Shown: piece after piece, positions 55,395 to 63,995 of the stretch | Numbering within the stretch: position 1 is the first letter of the stretch | Layout of the letters: every line of letters starts with the position of its first letter | DNA from: an uncultured virus (IMG/VR IMGVR_UViG_3300020044_008989) | Taxonomy: Duplodnaviria > Heunggongvirae > Uroviricota > Caudoviricetes | Virus record (IMG/VR): IMGVR_UViG_3300020044_008989 | Location: 1-64,000 of that record | Reading direction: 5' to 3' (one strand) | Length of the DNA: 64,000 nucleotides | Made by a program: the position numbers and the translations under genes | The notes under the pieces: generated by a model | The model's database searches: none | The model's input: the letters and a program-made list of their open reading frames with translations, nothing else | Told to the model about the DNA's origin: nothing

Positions 55395-55492
55395 AAGCGT
55401 ATAGTGTAACGGCAGCACACTCAAGTCCGAGACGGCGAAAGCTGGAGTAGGCATGCAAATGGAGGGAGAAAGTTCGATTCTTTCTGCGCTTA
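55395..55492 (+). ncRNA. tRNA-like element 7: canonical acceptor, D and T arms with a ~28-nt insertion in the anticodon loop
   Basis: AAGCGTA/TGCGCTT; D-arm TAGTGTAACGGCAGCAC; T-arm GAAAG-TTCGATT-CTTTC. Confidence 0.65.
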
Positions 55493-55497
55493 ATTAC

Positions 55498-55525
55498 TTG
55501 ACTTGTTAGTTTCTTCATTTATGTT
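55498..55525 (+). promoter_or_regulatory. sigma70-like promoter TTGACT-16-TATGTT then GACCC-ATG
   Basis: same architecture at 61692 and 62006. Confidence 0.6.
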
Positions 55526-55530
55526 GACCC

Positions 55531-56442
55531 ATGACCAAATACTCCGCCATCATTCTCCCCGACAAAGTTTTCATTGCCGACGCCCTTAACAAGGAGTGGT
55601 ATATGACAAACCTAGACAACGGCTTTCTTTTTGACGGTCAAAAAGCTATCCCTACCCACAAAAAAGGGTGGTATGAACTGCCAAGTCTTCCAAAGAAAGT
55701 GGAGAGGTTTATGAAACCACAGCAAAAATGCGTCTCCTATAAACTAGGGGATGGATTCGTGGCTTCCGACAAACTTCCTCAAGAAGTGAGTCCTGAATTC
55801 TTTGCTTGGGATAGTGACTTAGAGGCCCACGACAACTCAGAAATCATGGGCTTATATGAACCAATCTACTCCCAAGACCCAGAATACTTGGAGCAAATTG
55901 AGTTCGAAATCTCCACAATCGCCCACAAAAATTCCGATTGGAAATTTATCGCCGCGCCTAAAAACGTTCAACATTATGTGCTTGATGAAATCTTAAACCA
56001 TCCCAGCCTTCTCCAAGATGAAAAGTGTTTTCTCTCCTCAGAAGAGAGTTATAAGAGAATCAGAGAGTTTGTAAAGTTAAATATCAATCCTCGGGTTGCT
56101 TATGTTAGTTCTGATTACGATTTTCACTTTGAAGCGTCTAAAAAGATCGTCCTACATGAGAAAGAAAAGTTTCAGCGCAACGTTAAACCTTTCGCTAAGC
56201 GTCCAAAATATGTTGACGATTACAGGTTAGATCGAAAGGTTAGCGTTTATGACATTATCCCCAAAGAGGAACAAAGAAAATCCTATTCGACACACAGCCA
56301 TGTAGCCCCAAAATTCGAGGGCGCGAACTATCAGGATTTAGAAGATAATATTAACAGCTATTTGAGCGAACTAATTGAAAAAATCAACGAACCCCTGCAA
56401 GACTGCCCTCATTGTAAAGGTAGAGGGGTGATTAATCCATGA
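55531..56442 (+). CDS. hypothetical protein, C-terminal CPHCKGRG
   Basis: 303-aa ORF; SDYDFHF and CxxCxGxG motifs. Confidence 0.7.
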   Translation: MTKYSAIILPDKVFIADALNKEWYMTNLDNGFLFDGQKAIPTHKKGWYELPSLPKKVERFMKPQQKCVSYKLGDGFVASDKLPQEVSPEFFAWDSDLEAHDNSEIMGLYEPIYSQDPEYLEQIEFEISTIAHKNSDWKFIAAPKNVQHYVLDEILNHPSLLQDEKCFLSSEESYKRIREFVKLNINPRVAYVSSDYDFHFEASKKIVLHEKEKFQRNVKPFAKRPKYVDDYRLDRKVSVYDIIPKEEQRKSYSTHSHVAPKFEGANYQDLEDNINSYLSELIEKINEPLQDCPHCKGRGVINP

Positions 56443-56663
56443 ACTTAATCCAAAAACTCGAATCCGACGTTTCCCAAGCCGCTGAATATGGCGGACTACC
56501 CAATTTTTATACCAGAACAGAACTTCGACAAATTATTGCGGCGCTAAAAGTTGGTCAAATGTTAGTTGATCACATTAAAGTTTTCGATTTAAATCCCACG
56601 GTAGAAAACTTAGACGAGTTAGATAAAATCATCCAAGTCTGGAACGACTCAATCAACCCATGA
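56439..56663 (+). CDS. hypothetical protein
   Basis: ATGA-coupled. Confidence 0.55.
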   Translation: MNLIQKLESDVSQAAEYGGLPNFYTRTELRQIIAALKVGQMLVDHIKVFDLNPTVENLDELDKIIQVWNDSINP

Positions 56664-56923
56664 ATCCCTTCGTTACAATCAACCTTCTCTTGGAACTCGG
56701 TGTCCAATACCTAAAGCTACGCATTAAAAACACAGTCTTAGATACATTAGACAAATTTGACAGCCGCATTGACAAACTAGACGAGCGGCGAAGAAAATTA
56801 AGGGCCGAAAATAATTCCGCCGCCCAAGAAGAAGCGGGGCGTTTACTGGATGAAATCGTGGAAGAAAAGAAGAAGTTTAAGATTTACATGAATCAACTTG
56901 ACGGCGAAACAAAACAAGGCTAA
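56660..56923 (+). CDS. coiled-coil protein with hydrophobic N-terminus (i-spanin-like candidate)
   Basis: N-terminal amphipathic helix followed by a charged coiled coil. Confidence 0.35.
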   Translation: MNPFVTINLLLELGVQYLKLRIKNTVLDTLDKFDSRIDKLDERRRKLRAENNSAAQEEAGRLLDEIVEEKKKFKIYMNQLDGETKQG

Positions 56924-56932
56924 ATTAGCAAC

Positions 56933-57118
56933 ATGATGCCCAAACCACCTTTTGCCGTAAAATTCCCCACGGAGTTCCCATTTGAGAGCCAGATTGTGGA
57001 CGCCGATAATAATGTGGTGTTTGAATTGCAGTATAACTTTTTCAGTAATTGCTTTGATGAAGTCGCATTCATTGAATCCGTAGTAGAAACCCTGAATAAA
57101 CCAATCCCCCAACCATGA
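56933..57118 (+). CDS. hypothetical protein
   Basis: ORF track. Confidence 0.5.
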   Translation: MMPKPPFAVKFPTEFPFESQIVDADNNVVFELQYNFFSNCFDEVAFIESVVETLNKPIPQP

Positions 57119-57318
57119 GAATCCTCCTAGCATCCCTACTCCTAGTCTCCTGCCAAACAAAACAGGTTGATAGGCAAATTTATCAACCAGAGGTTTTAAT
57201 AATTGACAAAGGAACTATCGTTCATACAATAGACGGTATTTTTATCAGTCCCGAAAAACAAGTATGGTTTTCAAAGAAAACAGTTGAGCGGCTCGAAACA
57301 ATTATTTCAAACCTATGA
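57115..57318 (+). CDS. small lipoprotein (o-spanin candidate)
   Basis: MRILLASLLLVS-C lipobox. Confidence 0.5.
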   Translation: MRILLASLLLVSCQTKQVDRQIYQPEVLIIDKGTIVHTIDGIFISPEKQVWFSKKTVERLETIISNL

Positions 57319-57474
57319 ATCTAAACTACGAAACAATTCTGGCCCGCGCCAATAAATTCTACAGAGAGGCGAAACTAGAAATTTACCCCGCTTATTCTGA
57401 CGAAGACTTTGAAATCAAGAGTGATCAAGTGAAGGCTATTTTGAAAGCTCTAATTGAGGAGTTGAACAAGTAAT

Positions 57475-57732
57475 ATGACCTTAAAACAATTCGAAAAAGA
57501 CCTAGAAAACAAACTCTCCGCAATGTCCGACGAAGAATTAAAAGCTTCTTTGCGCCGTGCTGGATGTAAGTTCGAAAACGACATTCTTATAGAACACCAA
57601 TCACCCGCTGGCCCATACTGGTATCACCCCGACCATCCGCTTTGCCAAGATGGGCAAGTGTTGTGGGAATTTCCAGAGGATGAAGATGAATCAGAAACCG
57701 ACTACAAAACGAGCCTAAAGAACGACTATTAA
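57475..57732 (+). CDS. hypothetical protein
   Basis: ORF track. Confidence 0.55.
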   Translation: MTLKQFEKDLENKLSAMSDEELKASLRRAGCKFENDILIEHQSPAGPYWYHPDHPLCQDGQVLWEFPEDEDESETDYKTSLKNDY

Positions 57733-57797
57733 TATGAGGCATTTAATCTTTACTCATATCCTATAACTAGGATTACTGTTTATGTGTAACATTGTTT

Positions 57798-58319
57798 ATG
57801 TCACCTAAAACAGTTAAGTATATATGTCCAATTTGCAATAAAGAGTCCATAACTACAAAATGGAGGTTCGATAGAAAAAAAACTCCATTTTGCAAAAACT
57901 GCGTTACTACAGGGACTCAAACAGGAATAAAAAAACCTCAAATCTCTGGAGAAAATAGTGGTCGCTGGGGAGGAGGGAGATATATTTCGTCGGATGGTTA
58001 TGAAATGGTTAAGTGCGAGAACGAGTTCCATTCCTCGGGAAGGCAAAAATACAAGAAAGCACATATACTTATCGTTGAAGAATCTTTGGGTAGAGAATTA
58101 AATACTCAACGAGGCTACATGGGCGAGCAAATCCATCATGTGGATGGAGATAAGTTAAATAATTCCCTAGACAATCTAGTTCTCTGCAAGGATACGAGGG
58201 AACATAGAAATCTTCATTGTCAATTAGAAAAGATTTCGCTTGAACTGGTTAGAGAAGGTGTTATAGTTTTTGATCATACGAAAAAAGAATACAAAATAAA
58301 TGAAAGCAGAATTACTTAA
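57798..58319 (+). mobile_element. HNH homing endonuclease with N-terminal Zn ribbon, overlapping the thyX start
   Basis: CPIC..CKNC, W.GGR...DGY, H.L.VE..LGR, IHHVDGDKLNN.LDNL..H; ATG 57798 is 8 nt after GTGTAA. Confidence 0.88.
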
Positions 58320-58944
58320 TCATTTTGGCAACGATCTTATGGTTGCTAATATTGCCCGCGTCTCATACAATAAAGAAACTCAGAAATTTGAGGAAAAAGA
58401 CACCAAACTCCTAAAATACCTTGCTTCACATGGTCATACAACTCCGTTCCGTCACCCGCAGTTGCAATTTAGGATCGAATGTCCAATCTTTGTAGAGCGC
58501 CAACTATTCACTCATCAGGTTGGATGGGCGCGAAATTCCATTAGTGGAAGGTATGTAGATTTCTCCGACTCCTATTGGTTGCCAGAACAATTGAGGCTGC
58601 AATCAAGAGACTCCAAACAGGGAAGCGCCGAAGATATTTCTAAGGATGCAAATGATTACTACTTGTCTAAGATGAAGTCCGTGGTTGACCTTGCTAAGGA
58701 GGTTTATGACGAGATGTGCGGGGCTAGTATCGCAAAAGAGCAATGTAGAATTATTCTCCCTCTGGCCCTAGAGACAAAGTTCATTTGGACTGGCAGCTTT
58801 CATGCTTTCGTTCACCTTTGTAATTTGCGCCTAAAGAAAGACGCGCAGAAAGAAACTCGGGACTTAGTGGCGGAAATGCTTAGTCTCGTCAAGAATATCG
58901 AGGGCAATCCATTCCAACATACAGTCGCCGCCTTTAACCTATGA
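58300..58944 (+). CDS. thyX: flavin-dependent thymidylate synthase
   Basis: ANIARVSY, H.TPF.H, PIFV.RQL..HQ, SISGRY, AKEQ.R..LP, LRL..DAQ.E.R. Confidence 0.95.
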   Translation: MKAELLNHFGNDLMVANIARVSYNKETQKFEEKDTKLLKYLASHGHTTPFRHPQLQFRIECPIFVERQLFTHQVGWARNSISGRYVDFSDSYWLPEQLRLQSRDSKQGSAEDISKDANDYYLSKMKSVVDLAKEVYDEMCGASIAKEQCRIILPLALETKFIWTGSFHAFVHLCNLRLKKDAQKETRDLVAEMLSLVKNIEGNPFQHTVAAFNL

Positions 58945-59456
58945 CATTCGAACAATTTCTCTCCCCACTTGTTCCTTTATTTCTTTCAGCCACTAAATCT
59001 TATGGGTTGTCCTATTCCGATTCCCAAGATGCCATTCAAGAAGCAACAGTTTCTTTATGGAAGAAATTTTCTGCGGGCAAAATAGATTTGAACAAAAACA
59101 CCAAAGCCTACGCCCTGCAATTAATTCATTGGCGAGCAAAAGATGTTTGCCGCCTTCATCAGCGCCGCGATTCTTTATTCTCAACAGTAGAGGACGAAAA
59201 CAACCTAGACAGTCTGCCTTGCCCAATTAAGGCAGATTCTCCGCATCGCAATACGGAGATATGGGCTTTCGCCCAGAAAACTCTTAAACCCCGCGAATTT
59301 GAGATTTTCGCTGATCACTTTTTTCGCGGCAAAACAGTAGATGAAACAGCAGAACAATTTGGACTTGACAGACAGAACGTTTATCTGCTACGTTGTCGGG
59401 CACTCAAAAAAGTAAAAAAATACACCTATGAACGAAACCCTAAAACCCTACCTTGA
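58941..59456 (+). CDS. ECF-type sigma-70 factor
   Basis: D.QD.IQE..V.LW, W...D..R, L.PRE.EIF......K...E.A..FG....NV.....RAL. Confidence 0.8.
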   Translation: MTFEQFLSPLVPLFLSATKSYGLSYSDSQDAIQEATVSLWKKFSAGKIDLNKNTKAYALQLIHWRAKDVCRLHQRRDSLFSTVEDENNLDSLPCPIKADSPHRNTEIWAFAQKTLKPREFEIFADHFFRGKTVDETAEQFGLDRQNVYLLRCRALKKVKKYTYERNPKTLP

Positions 59457-59817
59457 AAAACTTCTCTCTTCTGGAGCTAAAACAGTAGAAGAAGCCGCAA
59501 AGTTTATCGAAACCCAAACGCCTGAATTAGGCAACGAGATTATTCGATGGGGCGCAATCTCAGAAAGCGCCGCGCCATTGATTTTTGGGGTGTTTATGTT
59601 TTTATGCGTCATTTTCCATTTTACCCTTGCGAAGACTAAGTGGTATATCAGTGGTTCTCTTGACGAACGAAATGGTGATCCCCCAGCTTGGTTGTTTAAT
59701 TTGGCCGTGTTTGTTCTGTTTTTTATTTGTTTTGCCGTTCAAATGATTGATGTTCTTTATCCTCTCGTGGCCCCACGCCTTTACATCCTCGAAAAAATCT
59801 CCTCATTAATTAAGTGA
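59428..59817 (+). CDS. two-TM membrane protein
   Basis: two hydrophobic helices, AP.LY.LE motif. Confidence 0.65.
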   Translation: MNETLKPYLEKLLSSGAKTVEEAAKFIETQTPELGNEIIRWGAISESAAPLIFGVFMFLCVIFHFTLAKTKWYISGSLDERNGDPPAWLFNLAVFVLFFICFAVQMIDVLYPLVAPRLYILEKISSLIK

Positions 59818-60035
59818 CTGACATCTCCAAAAAGTTCGCCCTAATCTGCGCCAAAGAACATCTGAACACTCTCGTAACGGACTATGTTATTATTGGCTTT
59901 GACAGAAATAACCTTGACGCGCCAATCTTTCAGGAGTATAATACAGACTCAAAAGAAATACTTGAAAAACTCTACGAGTTATTCATCAAGAGCATCGAAT
60001 TGAAAATATTCCCAGAAACCCCAGAGATAAACTAA
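59814..60035 (+). CDS. hypothetical protein
   Basis: coupled. Confidence 0.5.
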   Translation: MTDISKKFALICAKEHLNTLVTDYVIIGFDRNNLDAPIFQEYNTDSKEILEKLYELFIKSIELKIFPETPEIN

Positions 60036-60036
60036 C

Positions 60037-60312
60037 ATGTACAACCCATTCAAAAAATCCTATCGCATCGAAGAATTTAAAAACCAAAACGGCGAAACAA
60101 AATTTGCCGCCAAGTATTATTCATTTTTGAGCAATATATTTGATTATGATAAGTTCATTTCGACATATGGTTCGTTGACCAGTAGATTTTCGAGATATAT
60201 TGAGCATTCTTCATTAGAAGATGCAAAATCGGCGATTGAAAAACATAAAACCGATCAAATCGAAAAACTTAAAAAAGAATACAAAAAATCAGCAATCCAC
60301 TATGTCGAATAA
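60037..60312 (+). CDS. hypothetical protein
   Basis: ORF track. Confidence 0.55.
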   Translation: MYNPFKKSYRIEEFKNQNGETKFAAKYYSFLSNIFDYDKFISTYGSLTSRFSRYIEHSSLEDAKSAIEKHKTDQIEKLKKEYKKSAIHYVE

Positions 60313-60538
60313 TCAAGCGGGCAAGGGGGACTCATTAAGAAAGGGCGCAAATCTTTCCGCCTACTGGAACAACTACGACAGTATTTTCCGCAAAACTCCA
60401 GTCGAAAAAACAATCACGGACGGCGAACAAATTTGGTATCCCTGTAAAAGACCAGATTGCGGCCTACATGTTGTAAGAATGGGCAAAGTTCAATGCTGGT
60501 GTGACGAATATTTTTGCGGAAATAAAAATGACCAATAA
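60302..60538 (+). CDS. small phage protein (GKGD..R...Y..NYD.IF)
   Basis: refined start ATG 60302; C-terminal Cys cluster. Confidence 0.55.
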   Translation: MSNNQAGKGDSLRKGANLSAYWNNYDSIFRKTPVEKTITDGEQIWYPCKRPDCGLHVVRMGKVQCWCDEYFCGNKNDQ

Positions 60539-60692
60539 TCAAACGATTGAAGTCCTATCGGGATGCATTGACCTACTTGACCGCTATGAGAAAGTGTTGA
60601 TACAAGTATCCAAAGATAGTCTTTGCCCCGAAAATTTAAGAACCGCCGCTAAAAAAGTTCTTGACTATGGGGCGGAATTAGTGGAAGATTAA
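60528..60692 (+). CDS. hypothetical protein
   Basis: refined start MTNNQT. Confidence 0.45.
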   Translation: MTNNQTIEVLSGCIDLLDRYEKVLIQVSKDSLCPENLRTAAKKVLDYGAELVED

Positions 60693-60694
60693 AT

Positions 60695-61129
60695 ATGTCC
60701 ACCAAAAAACCCAAAATCAAGCGCCCCTCATGGTACACTGGAATGTACTCTATTGTCTCAGCTACAGACGAACAGGTAAAAGAATATTTCGATTGGATAA
60801 ACAGCCTTCCTGAGCCCGCTCCTGAATTTAAAAATAATCGCTACACCTTTAAGAGTCGCTACGGCGAGGAGCGGTTTTTTGAATTAGATAACGGCGAATG
60901 GTTTTTCGGCGGCGAAAACCTTAATGATTACATTAGGGTAGGATACAAAGAATCTCCAGAAAACCCCACTTATATTGATGGTAGTGGCGGACCTTTTTTG
61001 GAGATTGGTTCGAAGTTTAAAAATCACGTTTCCGTATTGCCAGAACACAATCTTCAAATCACTGGCTTTAAAAACGAGAATGGCCGCTGGAAATTATCCG
61101 TAACAGGAGCAAAAGAAACAAAATCTTAA
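60695..61129 (+). CDS. hypothetical protein
   Basis: SRYG, IDGSGGPFL.IG motif. Confidence 0.65.
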   Translation: MSTKKPKIKRPSWYTGMYSIVSATDEQVKEYFDWINSLPEPAPEFKNNRYTFKSRYGEERFFELDNGEWFFGGENLNDYIRVGYKESPENPTYIDGSGGPFLEIGSKFKNHVSVLPEHNLQITGFKNENGRWKLSVTGAKETKS

Positions 61130-61130
61130 C

Positions 61131-61496
61131 ATGGACACTCCAATATTCTCCGACCTATCATTTGATCTTGACGAAGATGGCTATCCCACAGAGGAAACCC
61201 TTGAAAAGATTGAAAGATTTAATGACTACAAGAACCTAGATAATTTGTTTGCGGCGATTAAAAATATTTGGGCGTATTCGTCTTATTTTGTTGGCCCAAC
61301 AGAAGAACCGCCGAAAGATGTTGCGCCGTTTCTGTGGATGGAGCCTAAAGCGAATTATTATTCCCTTGGTACTGCTGGCTGGAGTGGCAATGAAATGATT
61401 ATTGCGGCCTTAGAAAAGAATCCAATCGTTCAAGGTCTTTGTTGGGTAATGAGTGTGAGGGGCGGATTACACATTTACCAAGTAAAGCAATTCTAA
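61131..61496 (+). CDS. hypothetical protein
   Basis: DEDGYPT, T.GWSGNE.II.AL, RGG motif. Confidence 0.65.
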   Translation: MDTPIFSDLSFDLDEDGYPTEETLEKIERFNDYKNLDNLFAAIKNIWAYSSYFVGPTEEPPKDVAPFLWMEPKANYYSLGTAGWSGNEMIIAALEKNPIVQGLCWVMSVRGGLHIYQVKQF

Positions 61497-61497
61497 T

Positions 61498-61683
61498 ATG
61501 GACACGAATTCTCTCCGCCAATTAATTCTTCTAGCAGAAAGCGACCTACAAAAGTTCGCCGCCCGATATTCTGGCTTTGAAAAAAATGACCAAAAAATCC
61601 AAGAATCCCAGCAAATAATTTGCGGCGCTAAAAAATTACTGGCCGAATTAGAAGGTTCGACAGAAGATTTAGGGGCTGACTGA
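61498..61683 (+). CDS. hypothetical protein
   Basis: ORF track. Confidence 0.5.
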   Translation: MDTNSLRQLILLAESDLQKFAARYSGFEKNDQKIQESQQIICGAKKLLAELEGSTEDLGAD

Positions 61684-61726
61684 ATAAATTATTGACTTGT
61701 TTTGAAAAGTAAATTACAATAGACCC

Positions 61727-61867
61727 ATGATCAACCCACTAGACCAACTCACCGCCGAACTAACCCTCGCCAAAGAAGCAAATGATCAACTTGCTGTTGA
61801 ACTTGCCAGATTGAGGCAGGAATATGATTTGATTGCCGTTCAATCTTGGGAGTTGCCAGAGGAGTAA
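61727..61867 (+). CDS. 46-aa coiled-coil protein, missing from the track
   Basis: TTGACT-17-TACAAT (61692-61720), 6 nt before the ATG. Confidence 0.55.
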   Translation: MINPLDQLTAELTLAKEANDQLAVELARLRQEYDLIAVQSWELPEE

Positions 61868-62039
61868 TGACATGTACGAATACAAGTTCTTCCTAAGAAA
61901 TCCATTTAGGCCGTTCACAGAAATTCATTCTTGTGATAGAGCTTACGATGAAAAATATTGGGAGCCGTATTGTTGGGTTATTCCTTTTCTTTTTCAAAGT
62001 TACGCTTGATAAGTTGATGGTGCGGGTTTAAAATGACCC

Positions 62040-62930
62040 ATGAAATTATCCCTCTGCTGTATCTCCCAAACATTATCTGACAACGGCCATTCGTTCAAAA
62101 CGATGACCTATACTCAGTTCTGTAAGCGGCCATTTGATTTGGCAATCGCAGAGTTAAGTGAGCGCATTCTTCACAATTTCGAGAACACCTTGCGGACAGT
62201 TCGGTTCTGTCAGCTTAATAACATTCAAGGTTATCGGTTGTCTAGTAGCCTTGCGCCAATTTTGACACATAAAAATGTCAACTTACGCATTGCCGATCTT
62301 CCAAACTTTTCTGCTATCAAAAGTGTGTGCGAAGAAATTAAAGCGGCGCTTCTTCTTTCTCCTTTGCGGTTGTCCGCCCATCCTAGTGAATATATCACGC
62401 TATCTAGTGATGATCCCGAGTGTATCCGTAATAGCATTCTCGACTTAAAGCAGCACGCAGAGATTTTTGATTTGTTGGACCTACCAAACGACTACCGTTC
62501 GCCGATGAACGTACATGTCCGCCGTGACGATGATCCAGTAAAAGTTGCCACCCGAGTCTGGGAGGTTTATGATGAACTTCCAGACAATGTTCGCAATCGC
62601 CTTGTCTTAGAAAATAACGACAATGCTAACGGCGTCTGGAGCGTCAAGAATCTCGTAAAGTATTTCCACGGTATCCCTGTCACCTTTGACACATTACATC
62701 ATTCTTTGCTCCCCGATGGATTGACCGATCAAGAGGCATTTGACGCCGCCTATGATACTTGGCCTGTTGAGCCGATTTTTCATTATAGTGAGGGTGTAAA
62801 TGGCACACGCAAACATGCCGACATGCCAGTTTCGTTTCCAAAAGATTATGGGCGCGAGGTTTTATTTGACGTAGAGATTAAGCGAAAGGATTTAGCCATT
62901 GCTCAGATCAGAAAATTAGCAGCCCAATAA
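62040..62930 (+). other. uvsE: UV damage endonuclease (UvsE/UvdE)
   Basis: LCCI, YRLSS, RLSAHP, NVHV, RLVLEN.D, FD..HH, TW...P.FHYS, HAD, VE.K.KD.A. Confidence 0.93.
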
Positions 62931-62932
62931 AT

Positions 62933-63361
62933 ATGACCCTAGAATTATTGCCACCCGAGAAAGAACAGCTTTCTAAACTGAAATTCCAGAAAGAAAAAGA
63001 CTCGTATAATACAGAGATTGACTATATTAGGATAAGTGACTTTTGCGAAAGCCCGTTTGTCAAAGATTTTATTGCGGCGCGAAAATTAAATTGCAAAAAT
63101 ATCCATGCGTCTATCATTATTTTCGGTACAGTAAACATGCATGTTGACGGAAGCCTTAAAAGGGAGTCTAAATGGAGAACCTTAATTATTTTTCTTGATG
63201 GAGAAGGAGAATTGGCTTATATTGACGACAACGAGAAAATCCAGTATGAGCATATGAAGAAATATTCAGCGATCATAATTAATGATGCAAAACCTCATGC
63301 CTTTATCAACAAAAACAAAACATTATGTCGGGCGATAGTCGCCGAACTAGAAATGGTATGA
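62933..63361 (+). CDS. 2OG-Fe(II) dioxygenase/cupin-like protein
   Basis: HVD...G.GEL...PHA...R. Confidence 0.55.
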   Translation: MTLELLPPEKEQLSKLKFQKEKDSYNTEIDYIRISDFCESPFVKDFIAARKLNCKNIHASIIIFGTVNMHVDGSLKRESKWRTLIIFLDGEGELAYIDDNEKIQYEHMKKYSAIIINDAKPHAFINKNKTLCRAIVAELEMV

Positions 63362-63567
63362 AAATGAAATTCTCCACATTCATTATCGAAAACGGCAATC
63401 TTATAAAAACAACCGCCGAAGATTTTTCTTTCAAATCAAAGAAAGAGCGCGACTTCTTTGTTTCAACGGCTAAATGTTTAAAAGCGGTGCCTTGGGAAAT
63501 TAAAAAGGGCCAAAAGGGCAACAAGAAAACTGAATATCACGCAACAATCCACAACCCAAGAGAATGA
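63358..63567 (+). CDS. hypothetical protein
   Basis: ATGA-coupled refined start. Confidence 0.45.
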   Translation: MKMKFSTFIIENGNLIKTTAEDFSFKSKKERDFFVSTAKCLKAVPWEIKKGQKGNKKTEYHATIHNPRE

Positions 63568-63806
63568 ACGACCATCCATTTATTGATAGCAACCTTCGCG
63601 AATTTATTTTCGCAACCCAAAGAAAATTAATCCCAGGAATTCGCTTCTTCCAATGCATTGACTGCGGAGAAGAGTGGAAAGAAAAAAGCCGCGATTGCCA
63701 TTCTCCATCGAATGATACCTGCCCTAGTTGCGGAAGTGATGTTTTTCCCCATGATAACGAAGAACATCCAGAATTCCCCGTTGACAGGTCGGGAAACTTG
63801 ATCTAA
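63564..63806 (+). CDS. zinc-ribbon protein
   Basis: CIDC...CPSCG. Confidence 0.6.
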   Translation: MNDHPFIDSNLREFIFATQRKLIPGIRFFQCIDCGEEWKEKSRDCHSPSNDTCPSCGSDVFPHDNEEHPEFPVDRSGNLI

Positions 63807-63815
63807 GATAAGAAC

Positions 63816-63995
63816 ATGATCCCCAAACACGACCTCCTAGAGTTAGAAATCATTGTTGCAATTAAAGATTCATTTTGTATTTGCGCCGAAGATTTTCAGT
63901 TTTCGGAGGAAACTATTCTTGATTACCTTGACAAATGTTTCGCCGCAAAGAAAACTCTTGACGAACAAAATAAACTGAATTACATTCAAGCATGA
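63816..63995 (+). CDS. 59-aa hypothetical protein, missing from the track
   Basis: read manually. Confidence 0.45.
   Translation: MIPKHDLLELEIIVAIKDSFCICAEDFQFSEETILDYLDKCFAAKKTLDEQNKLNYIQA

Noticed and set aside
54786-55492. Calling canonical tRNA genes or a tmRNA
   Set aside because: No unit has a 5-bp stem with a 7-nt U33-containing anticodon loop, and there is no tag reading frame or tmRNA-scale length
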